Positions 60,199-64,000 of a stretch of 64,000 bases of DNA are shown here, piece after piece. The first letter of the stretch is position 1, and every line of letters begins with the position of its first letter. The translations under genes and the position numbers were made by a program. This stretch comes from an uncultured Veillonellaceae bacterium (GTDB lineage: Bacteria > Bacillota > Negativicutes > JARBTT01). Location of the stretch: contig CAWDTA010000004.1 in the NCBI GenBank assembly GCA_963805085.1, positions 320,001 to 384,000 on the forward strand, given 5' to 3'. The notes beneath the pieces are model-generated. The model was given only the letters and a program-made list of their open reading frames with translations, searched no databases and was not told the origin of the DNA.

Positions 60199-61884
60199 TT
60201 AATTTTGATGAATTAAATCTAATGCAAAGTTGAATGCAGCTTCAGATTCTCTAGTTAATTTAACGTATTCTTTACCAGAAGTTGTCGCTGATTTTACACC
60301 TTTTGCATCACAATCACGTTTCAATTCATCGTACATAGATGCCATTTGTGGTGCTAATACAATCAAATCAAAATCAGTAATTTTTTCTTTATGCTGACCA
60401 TATGCCATAGCAATAGAATCCATGTTAAATTTCTTTTCCTTTGCCCCTTTAGCGATTGATTTTGCAAGCATACTACTCGTTGCACCACTTGCACAAAGTA
60501 CCAATACTGCTAATTGTTCTTCAGGGCTTTGACTAGCTACTGTCTGCTGAGCAGATTCCTTTATTGAAGTAGTTGGGACTTGCACTATTTTACGGTCTTC
60601 TTCGACTTCACCATTATTTTCAGATTCTCTAATTACCAATTGTTTGTCATAGACTTTAAAGAATGGATAATACATTACAAAATCAATAATCAATAATAGT
60701 GGAGCTAAGATAAACGACAATTTCGCAAAGCCAGTACCTAAAATCAAACCGATTGTCCCTGGAGTTGTCCATGGTAAAATATAGACAAAACCATTCATGC
60801 CCAAATTATCAATGAAGAATTTAAACAACCAAACATTTAGAATTGGTGTCAAAATAAATGGTACAAAGAACACTGGATTTAATACGATTGGAGCACCGAA
60901 TAAAATTGGTTCATTAACAGCAAATAATACTGGAACAATCGAAGTTTTTCCGACTGCCTTTAGCTGTTTTGATTTTGCAATAAATGCACACATTGCAGCA
61001 AACATTAGAGTTGCACCTGTACCACCTAATGTCGCGACGAAATAAGAAGTACCATGTGTCAATACATTCGTCGCATGCTCGCCCGCTTGAAATAAATTTA
61101 AGTTTGCTTCAATATTTGCAATATAGATTGCTGTTACTGCTGGTTCGACAATGGAAGGGCCATGAATCCCGATAAACCAGAACATTGCCATTGCTCCATA
61201 AATGATCGCAACACCGATGTATCCATCTGCCGCCGAAAACAACGGTTTGAATACTTCCAAAATCCATGCACTAAATCCCATGCCAACAAGATATTTAAAA
61301 AATATACTAAATATCCAAAAGATTAAAACCGATACTGCTAACGGAATTAAATCTGCAAAAGTTTGTGAAATATTATGCGGTACTTCATCCGGCATTTTGA
61401 TGGTAATATTGTTTTTCACGCAAAATTTATAAATATTAGGTATGATAAATGCTACAACAAATGCGGATAACAAGCCTTTTGTTCCCATGTATTCACTAGA
61501 AAATCCACCTTTAACAGACTCAACACTTAATAAAAGGAAACAAATAATAGCTACAATCATGACAGATACCGGATTGATTTGTCTCAATTTCGGTAGTAAA
61601 TTATTAAAATTATCAGTTAAACTTTTTGAAATGGTTGCTACCATGAGCACTGCCAAAATCCCCATGGAATAGTTATAAGCTTTCCATAGTACCGCACTGA
61701 TACTATCTGGCCAAATATAACCGAAAATATTCGGAACACAGGCAACCAAAATAAACATACTAGAAAATAGAACTACTGGAATACAACTGATAAAGCCATC
61801 TCTGATTGCTCTAAGATACGGATTATTTGAAACTTTTTCAAACGTCGGTTTCATCGTTTCAATCAAACTTATTAATTTTTCCAT
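60199..61884 (-). CDS. lacE: PTS lactose-specific EIICB
   Basis: YLRAIRDGF, AYNYSMG, FWFIGIHGPSIVEPA, VNEPILFGAP, C-terminal VLVLCASGATSSMLA. Confidence 0.93.
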   Translation of the reverse strand: MEKLISLIETMKPTFEKVSNNPYLRAIRDGFISCIPVVLFSSMFILVACVPNIFGYIWPDSISAVLWKAYNYSMGILAVLMVATISKSLTDNFNNLLPKLRQINPVSVMIVAIICFLLLSVESVKGGFSSEYMGTKGLLSAFVVAFIIPNIYKFCVKNNITIKMPDEVPHNISQTFADLIPLAVSVLIFWIFSIFFKYLVGMGFSAWILEVFKPLFSAADGYIGVAIIYGAMAMFWFIGIHGPSIVEPAVTAIYIANIEANLNLFQAGEHATNVLTHGTSYFVATLGGTGATLMFAAMCAFIAKSKQLKAVGKTSIVPVLFAVNEPILFGAPIVLNPVFFVPFILTPILNVWLFKFFIDNLGMNGFVYILPWTTPGTIGLILGTGFAKLSFILAPLLLIIDFVMYYPFFKVYDKQLVIRESENNGEVEEDRKIVQVPTTSIKESAQQTVASQSPEEQLAVLVLCASGATSSMLAKSIAKGAKEKKFNMDSIAMAYGQHKEKITDFDLIVLAPQMASMYDELKRDCDAKGVKSATTSGKEYVKLTRESEAAFNFALDLIHQN

Positions 61885-61917
61885 ACAAAATCCCCCATCT
61901 TATTTTATTGTAGTAAC

Positions 61918-62232
61918 TTAATTTACTTTTTTATATAAATCAACAAAATTTTTCACGAGATCTCGTAGTAGCATCACTGTCATTAGATGATCTTGTGCAT
62001 GTACTGTTAAAAAGTTTACCTTGATGTTTTCACCGGAAGATTCCATTTGCAAAATTCTAGTTTGCGTATTATGTGCTTCTGTAATCAAATCATTGCCTTC
62101 TTGAATCATTTCTTCAGCCTTAGCATAATCGCCATCATTCGCTGCTGTTAAAGCTCCCACGTATTTTGATCTTGCATCTCCCGCATAAGCAATAATCTCA
62201 ACTGTAGTCATTTCAATTTCTTCATTTGTCAT
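61918..62232 (-). CDS. lacF: PTS lactose-specific EIIA
   Basis: IIAYAGDARS, EAHNTQT, VHAQDHLMT. Confidence 0.9.
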   Translation of the reverse strand: MTNEEIEMTTVEIIAYAGDARSKYVGALTAANDGDYAKAEEMIQEGNDLITEAHNTQTRILQMESSGENIKVNFLTVHAQDHLMTVMLLRDLVKNFVDLYKKVN

Positions 62233-62418
62233 CTTATTCTTCCTCCAAAATTTAATTCATCATGATATTCTCTTTTTTCTAATTTTTCAGTTAATTTATC
62301 AAGTAGATATCATTCAAGCATTTATTATACTATCTATTCATCCGCAATTTCAGTCTTTCCAAACACGTTTTGATATATTTTGTCGAAACCGTAACATTAT
62401 TTTATTTATTTCAAAATC

Positions 62419-62457
62419 GACAGCTAAGGTTTTTATCTACCTGGTGACTTAGCTGTC
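62419..62457 (-). terminator. Hairpin terminator after the lacC-like gene
   Basis: GACAGCTAAG ... CTTAGCTGTC. Confidence 0.6.
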
Positions 62458-62463
62458 AATTCA

Positions 62464-63391
62464 CTATTTTATATTGACGTAAGGAATTACCGTTACTTGC
62501 TTTGAAAACTCATCTATCTGCTAGGATCAATCTGTCCTATACCTTCCATTGGAACTTCCGCAACCATTTGCAAATTTCAACATATCAAGGATGTTGTAAT
62601 CTTCGTGTAATGCGTACGCTAAACCAGCAACTAGAGAATCTCCACAACCAACTGTATTTACTGCTTCCACTGTTGGAATGTTGATGATAAATCTTCCCAA
62701 ACTTCCATTTAACATCATGCCCCGCTTACCTAACGATACGCGAACATTCTCAGCGCCCATTTCCAGCACCTTTTATGAAGCTAAAAATACATCTATCCGT
62801 TTTAACTGAAACACCAGCAAGATATTCGAGCTCTTCCTCATTTGGTTTGATCAAATATGGTCTGTCTTTGATAGCTAAACGTAAGCTTTCACCAGAAGAA
62901 TCCAAGATAAATTTTATATTATTTTTCATGCAAATTTTTGCAATTTTCCCATAATAGCCTTCGGGAAGACCTTGCGCCAAACTACCAGAAGCAACTAAAA
63001 TTTTTGTATCTTTTATCACTCTCTGCAATTCTTGCTCAAATTGTTCTATTTCCTGAGGCATAATTTCTGGCCCGCCTTCAAGGACTTCAGTAGATATACC
63101 ACTTTTATCTCTAAAATTCATACAAATTTAGGCTGTTCCTTGAATCGAGGTAAAGCGATTGATTTAACCTTCTACCTCAATTTCTCTCTTGATAAAGCCG
63201 CCGGTAAAATCACCGAGAAAACCTAGACAGCAAATTTTTCCACCGATATAATGAGCAACTCTAGAGACATTAAGACCTTTGCCTCCTGCTGTGGCGATGA
63301 CACTTTTGGCTCGTTGAACTTTTCCAGTTATAAAATCATTAAGCACATAGGAACGGTCGATAGATGGATTCATTGTAAGTACCGTAATCAT
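62464..63391 (-). pseudogene. lacC: PfkB-family tagatose-6-phosphate kinase / 1-phosphofructokinase, multiply frameshifted
   Basis: MITVLTMNPSIDR..AGGKGLNV, SGSL, LDSSG, IKPNEEEL, VSLG..G and NTVGCGDS.VAG are spread over three or more frames, with an extra in-frame stop near the end. Confidence 0.8.
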
Positions 63392-63393
63392 AG

Positions 63394-64000
<607 letters not shown>

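Overview
Low-GC chromosomal window from a diderm Firmicute, most likely Negativicutes: an OmpM-type SLH porin occurs alongside Gram-positive-style PTS operons. Bases 839-12395 form an apparent ~11.6 kb composite transposon. It is bounded by two different, divergent IS4-family elements that share the same terminal inverted repeat, and the whole unit is flanked by a perfect 10-bp target duplication (TCTTTAAGGA). Its cargo includes a nested 170-bp direct repeat, a CocE/NonD hydrolase with an extra N-terminal domain, a nitronate monooxygenase/FabK-like enzyme, an HxlR regulator and several gene relics. The rest is accessory metabolism and regulation: two chemoreceptors (one with a sigma54 promoter, one behind a GEMM-I riboswitch with an A20-type pocket), a c-di-AMP riboswitch upstream of an atypical DapB, a LysR-ybhJ-DUF6282-transporter operon of unknown substrate, and a sigma54/LevR-controlled cellobiose-type PTS. 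Further along are a hexuronate operon whose MFS transporter is fused to a PTS EIIB domain and a lactose/galactan PTS locus carrying a GH53 galactanase and its own outer-membrane porin. No CRISPR array, rRNA or tRNA was seen. All family assignments come from motif recognition by eye, not from database searches.
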